From NCBI GenBank assembly GCA_000091205.1, contig AP006486.2: 64,000 nucleotides of DNA. One strand, written 5' to 3'. Positions 36,454 to 48,794 of the stretch are shown here, piece after piece. Every line of letters starts with the position of its first letter. Within the stretch, counting starts at the first letter, position 1. The stretch is from Cyanidioschyzon merolae. Lineage: Eukaryota. Position numbers and translations under genes: made by a program. A model generated the notes under the pieces. The model ran no database searches. It was not told the origin of the DNA and saw only the letters and a program-made list of their open reading frames with translations.

Positions 36454-37944
36454 CTAGTTCCGTGAAGCGTGTCGTGTGGTAGCAGCATAGCTGCCGTCCT
36501 CACCTCGCTGAGACCCCAGCGTGCGTATGCGCTGGTGCCAGTGTCGGATACGCTCAACGAGTTTCGCTTGCGAAATCGTCTGCAGTACTCCATCGTGGAC
36601 CACCCGGCGAGCACCTATCCAAACATCCGTCACTTGGTCCGGTCCCGCTCCATAAACCAAAGCCGAACACACATCGTGCACAGGCATTGTTGAGAGGCCA
36701 TCTGCAACTCGTACGGCAATGAAATCGGCTGCCTTGCCAGGTTCCAAGGAACCCAGCAAGTGGTCCAGTCCCAGTGCTCGGGCGCCTTGAATCGTCGCCA
36801 TACGCAGCACCTGATAGGCCGTAAGGCAATCGCTGCGACCTGTACTTCCTTTGGCCAAGAGCGCTGCAAGGCGCATCTCAGCCCACATGTCGAGTCGGTT
36901 GTTACTGGCAGCGCTGTCCGTTCCGAGGGCGACGTTGATGCCGGCGTCCAGCATCTTGGTAAGCGGAAAAACACCACTGCCCAGTTTCAAATTCGACGCT
37001 GGACAGTGCACGACCGAGGCACCTCTCCTGCGCACCAGCTCGATATGCGCATCCGTCACATGCACCATGTGCACAAGAGTCCAGTTTGCAGCCAACAGGC
37101 CGAGTCGCTCTAAGTTGTCCAGTGGCGCACCTGCAAACTCGCTGCGGTGGCAGACAAGTACCCCACGATCCAGCGTTTGACTCGCCTTCACCTCCGCAGC
37201 TGTCTCGTGCATGTGGATGTGCACCCGTCGGCCTTCATCCATCGCTCGTTTCCCGACCTCACGGAGGATTTCCTCTGATACCGAGTAAGTTGCATGGGGC
37301 GCGTAGCTGCTTTCCATTAAGGGAATCTCCCGGTGGGGATTTTCTGGCGAGTCCTTTAGGGTGCCTTCTGCGATGATCTGCGTCAAGCGGCTCGCTTTTT
37401 GAAAGTATTCTTCTGGGCCAGAGCCGTAGCGGCTCGGAAAGTCCACCACGACCATGCCGAGCACTGCACGCATGCCGGCTTCCCGGCACACTTGCGCGGT
37501 GACCTCTGGATACCAGTACATATCGTTTAGGGTGGTGCAACCGCTTCGCAGCAGTTCCGCAACCGCCAGCATGCTACCGTCACGAACAAAGTGCTCGTCG
37601 ACCAGTTCGCGTTCCAGTGGCCAGATCACGCTACGCAGCCAGGTGTCTAGCGCTTGATCGTCTCCAAGTCCTCGAAACAGGCTCATGGCAGCGTGTGTGT
37701 GCGCGTTGATCAGACCAGGAAGCAGAGCGTGCTCAGAGAGGCACACTCGCTCGGCGCTGGGGTACCGCTTCCACGCCTCTTCTCGCGGAAGAACGGCCGC
37801 TATCCGGTCACCCTCTAGAACAAGCGCGTGATCTTCCAGCCATAGCGGCTCGTTGGCATGGGTTTCATCCCATACTGGAAGCAGCCACCGCGCAGCTACC
37901 ACTTGTTGAGCGACGGAACGAGCGCTCCCACGAACCAGGGCCAT
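36454..37944 (-). CDS. metal-dependent amidohydrolase of the MtaD type (5'-methylthioadenosine/S-adenosylhomocysteine deaminase-like; TRZ/ATZ family)
   Basis: PGLINAHTHAAMSLFRGLGDD (HxH metal site), ...VHIHMHET..., ...HCPASNLKLGSGVFPLTKMLDAGINVALGTDSAASNNRLDMWAEMRLAAL... Stop codon is TAG. Confidence 0.7.
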   Translation of the reverse strand: MALVRGSARSVAQQVVAARWLLPVWDETHANEPLWLEDHALVLEGDRIAAVLPREEAWKRYPSAERVCLSEHALLPGLINAHTHAAMSLFRGLGDDQALDTWLRSVIWPLERELVDEHFVRDGSMLAVAELLRSGCTTLNDMYWYPEVTAQVCREAGMRAVLGMVVVDFPSRYGSGPEEYFQKASRLTQIIAEGTLKDSPENPHREIPLMESSYAPHATYSVSEEILREVGKRAMDEGRRVHIHMHETAAEVKASQTLDRGVLVCHRSEFAGAPLDNLERLGLLAANWTLVHMVHVTDAHIELVRRRGASVVHCPASNLKLGSGVFPLTKMLDAGINVALGTDSAASNNRLDMWAEMRLAALLAKGSTGRSDCLTAYQVLRMATIQGARALGLDHLLGSLEPGKAADFIAVRVADGLSTMPVHDVCSALVYGAGPDQVTDVWIGARRVVHDGVLQTISQAKLVERIRHWHQRIRTLGSQRGEDGSYAATTRHASRN

Positions 37945-40900
37945 TCGAGAGCGAGTGCCCTACAAACTATTGCAACCGCAACGCACCGCCTGTCGAGGAA
38001 TGAGCGCTTTCGTTCAACGCTTCCCGTAACAGCACAGGGGTATGGATCTAGCTGGTGAAGTCGCACGAAAGCCTGGTTAATGGCGGCTTGTCTAATGGAG
38101 CTGAGAGGTATCGGTCGGTGTAGCGAAGAAGTCGCCGTTTGGCTAGCGCTCCTGCGGACAATCGCAAATTCGCTGTTTCGTGAAAACGATCGTGTGGCAT
38201 CCCGAGGGATGAAAAGTGGTTGCCTCTGTATGCGGCAACTCGAGTGCCTTGCAGCTTTTTGCAACCATAGGGACATCAGCAAGCATATGCCGTGCATACC
38301 ACGCCAGGATAGAATCCCAAGATAAAGAATGTTGTATGGTAGAATCCAAGGGTTCTGCAGCGAGAACAGCTCTCTATGCATACCAGTGAACTTTCGAAAT
38401 CTGGTACCCACATGCATTTTTTGTTTCTGTTTGTTGTTCTCGCAAGTATTCAATGGAAGGAATGTATCCTGCAGCTCGTAGAAAGGCCATGGAGAGCCTT
38501 GATGCTGTCGCTGCTCCCCAGAAGAGAACGGTCTTGGTTGTTCAGGTCAATCATTCTACCGAAAAAACGTGGCTTGACGAGACCACAAGTCTCGAAGTCT
38601 CCACTCTGGACGTCGTGAACTCATAACAGAGCTTGCCCAGTCCGATGTACTCGACTGCCTCCTTGTCAATCCATTCTTGGCTTCCGTTCTCTACCATATC
38701 CTATGAAAGGAGCCGCAGGATTTAGAGATTCCGTACGGTTCGTATGAAGGGTGATGAAGAGATTCAGTTGAATAGTGAAAGCGCACGCTTCCACCCGAGA
38801 GTATCGCGTACGGATCAACAAGCTATTGATTTCTTACTGAAGCACCAGCACTTTTCACAGGAGGAACTGGTGTTTGTCCAACTCGACCAGACTCCATCCG
38901 AGAGAAACTGGAGTCATGTATACGGATTGTCAGAGAGGGATAAACCAGTTTACGAACGGCGAGCAACGGCGAGCACATTGGAAACATGCGCCCTAGCGGC
39001 AATCGCGTCTTGTGGTAGACTAGAGATCGCGAAACTGACATGATCGTTGGACATCTCATTCTTTTCCAGAAGCTTTCTGTGGCTTCTCGTCGGCGCATAC
39101 ATCTGTGGTGCTCGTAGACACCGTCGTTTTCTATCGCTCTTTAGCGGTCATGGAGTACTCGACTGAGACTGGCCTTCAGCTGATAATTTTCGATCTGGCC
39201 TCCTCTGCCCTGCTGAATCGAGTCGAGGGCGTCTTCGCTGGTATCCACCTCCATTTTGACGCTCACGGATCAATGAACGAGTCTTTCGCATCCGCCATAC
39301 CGTCCTCCAACCAATCATTTTCAATGTTCACCAGCCCAGACCTGTGTTGCTGCGCATTTGCTCATGCACGGGAGGAAGCGCAGGGCCGCGCTTCGGTCTG
39401 CAGGCGTGCTTACAACGCGGAAGGTGAGGAAAACTTGCCCGAGGAATAACAGACACTTTCATAGAACAGCTTGTTTCGGTCCTACCGTCTAACCAGTGCA
39501 TATTCATCCCGGGGTAAAGGAGGGATACAGCGTATAGCATCCACATACACACCGTGCCGGCCCGTAGAGGAGAAGGAGAAGAAACCAATAGACAGAGAAG
39601 AGAAGCATCTTCACGAAAGGAAGATACAATGGAGCACAAACGATGAACTCATGACGCGGAAAGACCAATCTGCAATCGGTGTCAAGGCCTGCTATCAAAA
39701 CACAACTTCGGCATGTATCTTCCGAAACGTACGCTGCAGGACGCCAGTAGGATTCGCGTATCTTCGCTTACCCTGACACGTCTCATCAAGCATCTATTCG
39801 TAGCAGCACTGGACGCATGGCTGCCAGCTTTCACAACCCTACCGAGGTTCTCGATGAAACCTTCAAGCGACGACTGAAATCCGAGACAGAAAACGCACTA
39901 CGGCCTGATCAGCGGTTGAGCGCTGTGGAGAGGCGTTTTCCAGAATAGCTTGACGCGTCACCGCGTCGAGAAGAACCTCGCCTGCACCGGTACCAAGGGG
40001 TACCGACGCATTCTCAAGAGCCAAATCCATATGCGGGTCAATATCGAGCGCTTTATGCGACATTGGCACACGTGTATTTTGGGCGTTCGGCTCGCTGTAG
40101 CCTGGTCTTGCAAACCCCGAAAAGTGCAAACATATGGGAGGGATTCTTGGAGTGTCGATGGAAACGGGTGACGAGCTTGTGTTCGCGGAAGACATCGAGG
40201 CTGTTGCGAGTTCGGAAACGATGTCACAACGAGAACGAGAGTCGCTCCGCATCACTCAACTTGATGGTGCTGCTTTCGGCCTCGCTGCGGCGATATGCAT
40301 ATCCAAAGCATTTCTGGAACTCGATAGCCGCTTTGCTAGCGCCCTGTTATGCTATCTTTTCCTGAACAGAGTTATACAAAACGAAAGTGACGCTCATCCC
40401 GAATCTGAGGCGCCAGCTAGCCGCCTCACGCGTCCTGGCGAAGCGATCCCTATATACTACATCAAGGCTCACTGTATCACTGCAGGCACGTTCGTAACGT
40501 GCTGTATGGCCTCTTCGACGAGCTGCGACTGGCCCCTGCAGCCCAGCATCAAGAATTCGACGAGCTTCACGAAGGGCATTACGTTCGCTCGCTCGAGGTT
40601 TCACGTTTACTCGGAAGAGATGGGAAAAATTTTACAGGGACGATATAGACCAACGACATATCAGTCTATGCCTACTTTGTGACACCTATACATGAGTCTA
40701 GCAACCAGAATCCTTCGCAACCTTTCAAGGTAGATGCAGAGAATCACTTTCTGGTGAGCGTGGATCCCACGTCTAGCAAAATCATCGCCGTCGCCGTCCC
40801 TCTACATCAAGAGAACGGAGCCAAAGACCTGAAACCGAAACAGATCATATTCCTCAACTTTTTTAGAGCTCGGTACCATTCAGTGTCAGACGTGATGGAC

Positions 40901-41060
40901 CCCAAGAAGCAAACGAACATATGGAATGACGGTGACGGGACATGTTTCGATTCTCTGACCACCGTATCCAGCTGATCGGTGTATGCTTTGTAGGCTTCAG
41001 TCCGAGCGCGTATGAACGTCCAAACGGATCGTGCTAACGATATCCTCCAGAAGTATACGA

Positions 41061-41245
41061 GGCCGCTAGAAGTGTACAACGGATACGGTTGCACACAGGC
41101 AAGAGGCATCCATTTTGCAGCGTGTTCATTGAATCGGAAAAAAAGAAGTTACCGAGGCCGCTAGAAGTGTACAACGGATACGGTTGCACACAGGCAAGAG
41201 GCATGCATTGTGCAGCGTGTTTATTGAATCGGATCAAGATAGTAC
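41061..41245. repeat. tandem duplication, 2 x about 85 bp units (period about 98 bp)
   Basis: cgaggccgctagaagtgtacaacggatacggttgcacacaggcaagaggcat.catt.tgcagcgtgtt.attgaatcgga occurs twice, separated by aaaaaagaagttac. Confidence 0.8.
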
Positions 41246-42185
41246 TGAAAAGCCTCTTCGTTAGGTGGTAGCCTACGGCACTGGACGTTCTGTGACGCGC
41301 AAGAACTACACTCCCGCTGGTTCAGCGGCAGCGCACAACGAGTACGCGGACCGATACAGCACGTTCGCAGTCAAAGCGTTTTGAATGACATCAGCGCATC
41401 GCGAGCACAGGTGCAAGCTGAAACAGTTCACGAAGACGATCGTGAACCAGACCCGCGTTTCTGAAATGGTGAACAGTCCGATGACCGATCCTCAAGTACC
41501 GGAGCAGTCGAAGCTAACAAGCTTGCTTCGGTGCGATTCCACCCGCAAGTGCAGGCGAAAGCGCACGCTGCACTGACACTTGAACTCTTCGATGAACGGA
41601 CGGGAAAGTATCGAGCATCGGGAGCATCCGGTGGGTTTGTACACGTCGCACTCGCGAGTGAACCGCCTAGCGCTCAGAGTTGGCATCGTTTTGCAAAGTC
41701 GAGCACGTACGATGAGAGAAACATAAGCAATGGCCAGGAGAAAGGCGAACGGGTACCCGTTTGGGGCAACGTTCCGATATGGTTTGTTCCAGGAATCCAA
41801 TAAGGCTAGAGCGCCGTACATAAACATAAGGCACGGTTTTCCTAGGCAATTTCTGAATGACAATGTTGTCCCATCCTTCCAAGACGCCAAACCGACTGCA
41901 CCAGTTGACCCAAAGACAAGTCGCTTGGTTTCGAAAGCCTCCAGAGATTCTGCGGCTGCTCCTGTGCTTATTACGGTTGTCTAAACAGTATGCCGATGAA
42001 TCTTTGAATGAAGCGACGACATGACAATGACTAGAATACAGTGCACCGTCGATGGTGCACTCCAAGCAGTGCCGCTGTGAGCGCAGCGCCATGCCGCGTC
42101 CCCATTGGAACAACGATGCATTTTCTGATCAGGTTACACGCTTCGGCTGCATAGATGCAGGACATAGACCAAAGATTTTTACAGC

Positions 42186-44450
42186 TCAGCGAAGCTGTTC
42201 GCTACCAATGAGACCGGTGGCTTGGCGCGCGCGGCGCTGCAGCTGCACACGCCTACTGTGCTCGGCCTGCAACCGCTGAGCAGCAAAGACCTCCTGTCGG
42301 CGTCGGAGCACTCTCCCGGTTGCTCGCAGCTCACGTCGGAACTGCTGACGCAGTTTCTTATCCTCATCGGTTTGCTGGCTGGAACTGCGCCCCGCTCGGT
42401 CCATGTCCAGCCGCGGATTCAGCAACTTGGGCTCGTTCGCGCGATAGCGATGCCGCGGAGCTGTCGGCAGTGAACGCTCTGCTTTTTGTAGCGCTGCGGT
42501 GTATCGCTTGCACCAGGGCGGCAGGTCCGTGTCCATCACCAGAAACAATTCCCGCAAAGACGACTGTAATGCGACACCGAGCGGCAGCTGGAGGTACCGC
42601 TGCATCTGTGCGTTCTGTTCCAGTTGCTCGCAGAGTGTCCCTGTGGCGAGCGACAACAACGCCGGGTCGACCACGGCAGTGCTCGCTGGTACCGCGCACT
42701 GGTACAAGTGATCCAGAGCCTCCGAGGCGGATGTATCACGGGTGACACTGTTCTCGATGAGTCCATGGCGATCTGCGAACGACTTTGTGGACTGGCGAAA
42801 GAGCCGCAAGAGATCCAGCAACGCGCGCAGGAAAGCGTACGCATCGGGGTGGAGTCGTCCCGAGGCCAGCACCAAGCCATCGATCCATAAGTGTGCCAGG
42901 ACGATCAGCAAAGCCAGTGAGCGCCAAGTCGAGGGCGGCATTTCTGCGGTCACCGGATGCGAACCTGTCTGGGCGTCTAATGCCAGTGTCATACTGCCAA
43001 AGAACTCGCTGAGAAGCAGGGCGAGCGGTGCGGTTACCGGATGCCGAGATTGCTGCTTCGGAAACAGCCGACACAGTGCCTGCATGACTAGTGCCGCTGA
43101 CCAGAGTCGTCGCCAGCCAGCCTCTTCACAAGTCCAATGCATCCACTGATCTGGTGCAATACGCAGCAATTCCTCCAATCGTCTGAGCTGGTGCAGTGCC
43201 CACTGTCCGAGCGTGGCAGCAACATGACTACCGTGGTCACTGATCTCCATATCGGAAGCGGCGTTGCCAGCACCGACAGACACCAGACCTGGGGGTGATG
43301 CTTTCGCTGGCGAGGCAGATCGTGGACGCCATCTCCCGCCCAGAAAACGAGCGGCTTCCTCGTCAATCTTTGCGAGGCAGGTATCGAGTGCGGGGTTCTC
43401 ACGAATCGGCGGCATTTGTTGCCAGAGCTGCTCCAACGCGTGAAGCTGATGAGCCAGGGCCGAGTGCGCGTCTGCACCAGCAGCGTGCTGTGCGAGCGAG
43501 TCGCTGTGTGATTCATCGGGATCGGCATCGGAACTGAGCGAGTCAGGGTCCATTGGAAGCAACGGAGTTCCGTTCGCGTCTTCTGAAAGAAGCTTCTGGC
43601 TCATCGGTGTAGATTCAACAGAGAAAGTATCGTTGGTTAGCTCTTTTGCTGCAAGCAGGCCCAATGCGCGCTCTTGCCGCCGAGTTTCTTTGATGGACTC
43701 TGGTTCGGCGGGCTTCGAGCGGGGCTCCTCAGCTAGCTGCTGAAGCATCAGATCGTATTCATCCAGCGTTGCAACGGGTACGGTCGGGTGAGCATCTGCG
43801 TTCGCTGCGTCATTTTTGTTGGTGGATTTCCTTCGTACGAGCTGGTCGCTAAGCTCGCGGAACACTGCATCCAGACGTTCTGTTTGCTGCTCGTGAAGCA
43901 GGCGCTCCAACTGCCGCTCTTTTTTGACCCGTTCGCGCTGCAGTGCCCAGTTCTCCATGAGGTCTCTAAACCGAGGTTTTGAACGGGACGTTTCCGAGTC
44001 GCCGCCGGAATCATTCGTCTCGGTTGCAGCGAGCAGGTCAACTGCCCCGCCTACGTCCCCAGAACTATCGCTGCGATCGTCAGGGAGCGCATCAAACGAA
44101 TCCAAGGTCAAGTCAGTCTTATGTCGCTTGCGATCGAGCGTTCGGCCCGACTTGGCTGCATCGAGCAAAGGTTTCCCGTGATGCGTCAACGTCGTTGGGA
44201 CGCCACGATCCTCCTCGAGTTCCACCGGTGAGTCATCGCTGCCTTCGACACTATCCAGCTGGAAACGCTTCCGATCCCGTGAGTACTGTGACACCCGCCC
44301 CAACCGGGAGGGTTTATTCGAATCCCGGGTTCCCCGGAAAGCGGCATTTTCTCTGCTGGGCAGCGAGTTTCCCAGGGCGTTTCGTTTGGCGTCGAGCGTC
44401 CGCTCTCGTTTCCGGACGCCACGATTTATAAATCGATCAAAGAGGTTCAT
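42186..44450 (-). CDS. hypothetical protein, 754 aa, charged/low-complexity N-terminal half
   Basis: Long ORF with a coding-like C-terminal half; no recognisable domain. Stop codon is TGA. Confidence 0.35.
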   Translation of the reverse strand: MNLFDRFINRGVRKRERTLDAKRNALGNSLPSRENAAFRGTRDSNKPSRLGRVSQYSRDRKRFQLDSVEGSDDSPVELEEDRGVPTTLTHHGKPLLDAAKSGRTLDRKRHKTDLTLDSFDALPDDRSDSSGDVGGAVDLLAATETNDSGGDSETSRSKPRFRDLMENWALQRERVKKERQLERLLHEQQTERLDAVFRELSDQLVRRKSTNKNDAANADAHPTVPVATLDEYDLMLQQLAEEPRSKPAEPESIKETRRQERALGLLAAKELTNDTFSVESTPMSQKLLSEDANGTPLLPMDPDSLSSDADPDESHSDSLAQHAAGADAHSALAHQLHALEQLWQQMPPIRENPALDTCLAKIDEEAARFLGGRWRPRSASPAKASPPGLVSVGAGNAASDMEISDHGSHVAATLGQWALHQLRRLEELLRIAPDQWMHWTCEEAGWRRLWSAALVMQALCRLFPKQQSRHPVTAPLALLLSEFFGSMTLALDAQTGSHPVTAEMPPSTWRSLALLIVLAHLWIDGLVLASGRLHPDAYAFLRALLDLLRLFRQSTKSFADRHGLIENSVTRDTSASEALDHLYQCAVPASTAVVDPALLSLATGTLCEQLEQNAQMQRYLQLPLGVALQSSLRELFLVMDTDLPPWCKRYTAALQKAERSLPTAPRHRYRANEPKLLNPRLDMDRAGRSSSQQTDEDKKLRQQFRRELRATGRVLRRRQEVFAAQRLQAEHSRRVQLQRRARQATGLIGSEQLR

Positions 44451-44639
44451 ACCTTAAGCTATGCGCTGAAGGTTGTAACCTACAGTAAAGTTGCTTGGGG
44501 CCTAACAAAGACTTCAGCGCTGCACGGGTGCGTCGCAAACGCTGCACGAAAAAAGATGCATTAAGGACTGGACAACAATGTGTGTGCGCATCAACTTAGC
44601 GCCTGCACGACGGGCACCGTCTGAAGGCGTGTTTTATGG

Positions 44640-44868
44640 GCTGTATCATTTCGGTACAGACGCTTCCTGCTGAAGCGTACACTGCTATGTATAGGTGCAA
44701 CGGCAATAGCGACGGACGCCAGTCGTTCCTATACTGTGGTCATGATATGACGGGCTGGTATCGTTGCGTTGGAAACGCTTCCTCTTGCTGAGTACGCCAG
44801 TGACCAAAGGTGCACCGCCCGTGCCGACGGAAGCCGGTCAATGCTATACTGAGGTCATGATCGGGCTT
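44640..44868. repeat. diverged tandem duplication, 2 x about 115 bp
   Basis: Units ending ...ctatactgtggtcatgatatgacgggct and ...ctatactgaggtcatgatcgggct, with shared acgcttcct..tgctga...cac blocks. Confidence 0.5.
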
Positions 44869-46150
44869 TACTCTGTGCGACTAATTACAGAAGCATCCAC
44901 TTGCTCGCTCTATCAACAGAGCGAGATCCCTCTTCTGCATTCTCTAGTCTCCGGGAAGTAGCACCCCGCATTCATTATTGGAGAAATGCTTTTTCTGTCG
45001 TTACGTCCTCGTTTGGGAAATCTGCCTCATTCGATTCCACCACCAAAAACCAATGATGCCAGCCTGCTCGTAATGGCAACTCAGCGTTGCTCACTGGTCC
45101 CGAGAATGCGATTTACAGCGGGTGTTTCCTAAACTGCAAAGATCATTTGGCGACTGTGGAGCCCGTGCGCTCAGCCAGACTCTTTCAAACCCCTATTCGT
45201 GGTGGATGAGTGTTGTACGTATGGAATTGAAGCACTAGTTCCAGCTCCGAAACATGTATACGTGCCCTTCACAGACGCTGGACTGCTTCCCTGCTGAGAA
45301 ACAGTAGAGCAGAGTAACCTCGAATGCACTAGAAAGCTCCATAGTATCGATGCCGCATGCGTGGATGTTGCGAGTCCAGGACTCGTCAAGAGTACACGTG
45401 GTGAGGCTTGTGCACACGCCAGCCGCTTCGCCTGGCGTGTCTCAGCAAGGAATCGTTTTCTGACTAACAACGAATTTGACGGTTTCGCTGGTTTCGAGCA
45501 ACCAACAAACTGGTCCAGCTTTCGAAACAGTCCTAGCGCAGAACATCAGCAGGTCCGCACCTACATTACAGCGCTGCATCGGAGAGCGCGTCACGCACCG
45601 TGTCGCTCCCAGGTACGACGTCCTGCTTGGAGCCACAGAAACGAAATACGCGCTCTCAGCGCGGTATCGGAGTGTGTGGCAATGAGCCCGCACTCTGGGA
45701 GCGCATGCTTTCCGCGGTACAGCATCGCCAAGCGCTTCCAGCCGGAGCCGCCCACCTGATAGATGTACCAGCTGATAGACAGCGTCCATGTTGCTCGCAG
45801 AGCTGCAAATCATGAAGCACATGCTACACGGCTGCAATCGCTTGGACGCTCGTGTTCCAGCAGGGCAGGAAATAGTTTCGTGTTCGCATGTACCCGTCGA
45901 TACTCTGCGAAGAGTCTTTGAACCGAAAGAAAAATGATTGGACGGGGTATATCATTTATGTTTCAAGCAAGCGAGCTCTAGAAAACAGCGAAACTGCAGC
46001 TGGCCTGCCCGTCGACACGGAGCGCGACCCCGCACGCTTTAGTGCCCGTAACGAAAACCGGCCCGCACGGACTCGGAGGACGTGGCGCCTGCAGTTAGCC
46101 GCAGAGTCCCTACAACGATGTGGACATTCCTGGTTCGATATGGACATTGC

Positions 46151-46366
46151 CTAGAAACCCTCCTTCTTGCCTGTTCCCGTCACTAGGCTGTACATGCCGT
46201 TTCCGAGCGCAACGACCCCTACCAGTGCCACGCCGACCATTAACAGGTTTACATAACGGTCTCCAGGACGTACTTGATGTGTAAACCGCCCCTCTCTCTT
46301 CGCTTTCTGAATCTCCGCCATTAGTTCCGGAACACGATTCTTGTTTTTCGTGAGCTCCATTCCCAA
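46151..46366 (-). CDS. small single-pass membrane protein (hypothetical, 71 aa)
   Basis: Charged N-terminus then LLMVGVALVGVVALGNGMYSLV transmembrane segment; family not recognised. Confidence 0.2.
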   Translation of the reverse strand: MGMELTKNKNRVPELMAEIQKAKREGRFTHQVRPGDRYVNLLMVGVALVGVVALGNGMYSLVTGTGKKEGF

Positions 46367-46741
46367 TAGAGAGCGCTACCGGTCAACGCTTGGCCCACAG
46401 CGAACGAACGCTGTCACTTGACGCCTTGCTGGGCGCCTGCCGCCCGTAGCAGATCGCCGCCCAGCGAGGCCGCGGATCGCGTGCCATCTGCTCCGTCCAG
46501 ATCCCCGGGGGCGGCAGGCGGACATCCATCAACGGACGGCCGCGTCCATTGTGTAACTTTAGGTATATATCTGGATATAATATATCCTTTAGGAATCCTG
46601 AGGACATATCCATGTCGCTGGTCTGAGGTACGGGATCGCCATTCAACTGCGTTACATGAGGGAGGCTTCGTGCGTTTCGCTGGCCCGGATAGTGACTTCG
46701 AGTGACCTGCGCGTTTTCTCGGGCAACGAGCCGCAGCAGGT

Positions 46742-47848
46742 TTGCTTCCACTCATGGACGCGAAATGGAGTCCTGTGGACCTAAATCGCGGGCCTCAGAT
46801 GATGCGGCCTGTTCAAAGTGCATTTCTTTCAACCGCAACACCCACAGTGCCTGTGCGTTTGCTGCCGAACCTGACACTCGTGCAGCGCTCTCGCAGTCGC
46901 GCACTAGACGCACTCCATTTGATCACACTCAGAACCCGCTGCATCTGGCCTTGGAATATGTCTGCAGCGCCTGGTGCGAACGAAGGCGACCCAGCGACGA
47001 AGAGCAACTCCGCGAACCGTTTTAATTCTAAGCGAACAGAACCCAGTTTGTTAAACTTGTTCAGTTGGGGAGAGTTGGATGATTCACGTGCGGGAACCGA
47101 GAACGACGATGAAGATGATGGCTACGACGATATTTCATCCGACAGTGATGTGGATCCAGTTCTCGACCGTGGACGCGTGTTCGGTGCTTGGTTAGACAAC
47201 CAGGTTCTGAGACTGGATCGGATCCAGAGCGCTGCGATGCAAGCACCGGGCCAGACGCTACAAGAGCGAGCCGAGCGGGCTTTCGCGCGAGGCGTACAAG
47301 CTCTAACTGACGGTCACTATGCCACAGCGAGCGATGCCATCTTCCAGGCATCCGCATTGCCTGGACAGCAGACTCGACTTGGCGGCGAATATCTGCTCTG
47401 GCTTGCCCAGGCACTCGATGCTCAGGGCAAGAATGCGCGCGCTCAAGAGGTTCTCCGACGCCTGCAGTATCACAAAGACAGAGACGTGCGCCAGGTAGCT
47501 GAGAGTCTATTGTTTATCCTGCAGGCACCGCGGCTGCGTCTCGGCCCAGAGTCTTTCGTGAAAATCGACCTCGACGCCCTCTTGAATCAGAATCGGGCAC
47601 GCGATATTCCCGGGTGGAAGAAGAGGCAACGGAGATACCGGTTCGGAAGCGGCTCCTCTGCAGCGCTCGCTGGCACTGGCAAGCGCCGCAGAGAGCCGAC
47701 GAAATATTCCCTAGAATGGTTCACGTCGCAGGAGAGCGTCTCTGCGGAGGAACTTGAACGCGCGAACCAAGCATCACGCGCGGCTATGCTTGCATCGTCC
47801 GGTGTTATGCTGCTCATTCTGTTTATGCTACGTTTTCTCGGAAGGTAG
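46742..47848 (+). CDS. hypothetical protein with acidic D/E/S-rich stretch and C-terminal transmembrane anchor
   Basis: 368 aa ORF: ...ENDDEDDGYDDISSDSDVDPV... and C-terminal ...AMLASSGVMLLILFMLRFLGR. Confidence 0.3.
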   Translation: MLPLMDAKWSPVDLNRGPQMMRPVQSAFLSTATPTVPVRLLPNLTLVQRSRSRALDALHLITLRTRCIWPWNMSAAPGANEGDPATKSNSANRFNSKRTEPSLLNLFSWGELDDSRAGTENDDEDDGYDDISSDSDVDPVLDRGRVFGAWLDNQVLRLDRIQSAAMQAPGQTLQERAERAFARGVQALTDGHYATASDAIFQASALPGQQTRLGGEYLLWLAQALDAQGKNARAQEVLRRLQYHKDRDVRQVAESLLFILQAPRLRLGPESFVKIDLDALLNQNRARDIPGWKKRQRRYRFGSGSSAALAGTGKRRREPTKYSLEWFTSQESVSAEELERANQASRAAMLASSGVMLLILFMLRFLGR

Positions 47849-48509
47849 CGCAAAGCCCGCCTATTTGCTCCAAGACTGAGCGTTTCGTTGTGCGGTGGAG
47901 CCACGGAATCCAACATTTCTATTTGTTCGCTTGTACACGGACATGATAAGTACGATTTACACACACCAGCGCTATGCAACAAGCGAGGCATTCGCATACG
48001 AACGATGTCCAGTATATCGGTCTAAACATCGAAAGATACTCGGTTCGGAGGATATTTAGCGGATGCAGTATGCAACGGTGCACCGCACGAGCGCAGCACA
48101 AGGTCCAGCCATTTCATATGTTTGCGCCGATGTTCCGCTTGAGTCACCAAGGAAAGGAACACCTGGTTTATTCGTGAGCCACTCGGTTGACCACTTACCA
48201 CAGCACGCTTCCTCGGCCGCAGACAGGCAAGCGATCTCGGGTATCGATGCGACTTGCTGAAGACAAAGTCGACCACTTGAATAGGTCCAAACCAGCCAGC
48301 TGCGGAGAGACTGGTCGGTCCCGTTCAGCCAGGCTTTCTTTGCGTGAGTTTCTGAGGTACACCCCACGCCCACCCTACACTGTTGAAGCTATTTGGCATA
48401 ACTTGAGCGTCCCAGTTGGACAGCAGAACACCAATAGACACGCGAAATTGAACCACGGCCGGCCGGGTCTCTGTCACGGAAGCTTGACGCGGTGACTGCG
48501 CTGGGTCTC

Positions 48510-48785
48510 CTATGAGGAACCGGTCGGACGACCACGAGCGATCCGTTCCACGATAGCACCGTCTGCCAGGACGTCAACAGCTAAGCGAAGCGTGCGCACG
48601 AGCGCATCCAGTCTCTCGTCGAAGCGCTCTAGCTGGGCTTCGAGCACCCGCAGCGCTACCACTGTGCGCTGGTACGCCGCTGCCGCCTGCCGTAGACACT
48701 CCGTTTCTCGTTGTAGCTGCTTCTCCCAACTGGCAGGCGATCCCTCCGTCGTCGACGTCTCCGCTGCCATGGAGAACACGCACAC
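48510..48785 (-). CDS. hypothetical small coiled-coil protein
   Basis: 91 aa ORF abutting repeat-element copy 2; heptad-like LQRETECLRQAAAAYQRTVVALRVLEAQLERFDERLDAL. Confidence 0.2.
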   Translation of the reverse strand: MCVFSMAAETSTTEGSPASWEKQLQRETECLRQAAAAYQRTVVALRVLEAQLERFDERLDALVRTLRLAVDVLADGAIVERIARGRPTGSS

Positions 48786-48794
48786 ACCGACAAC

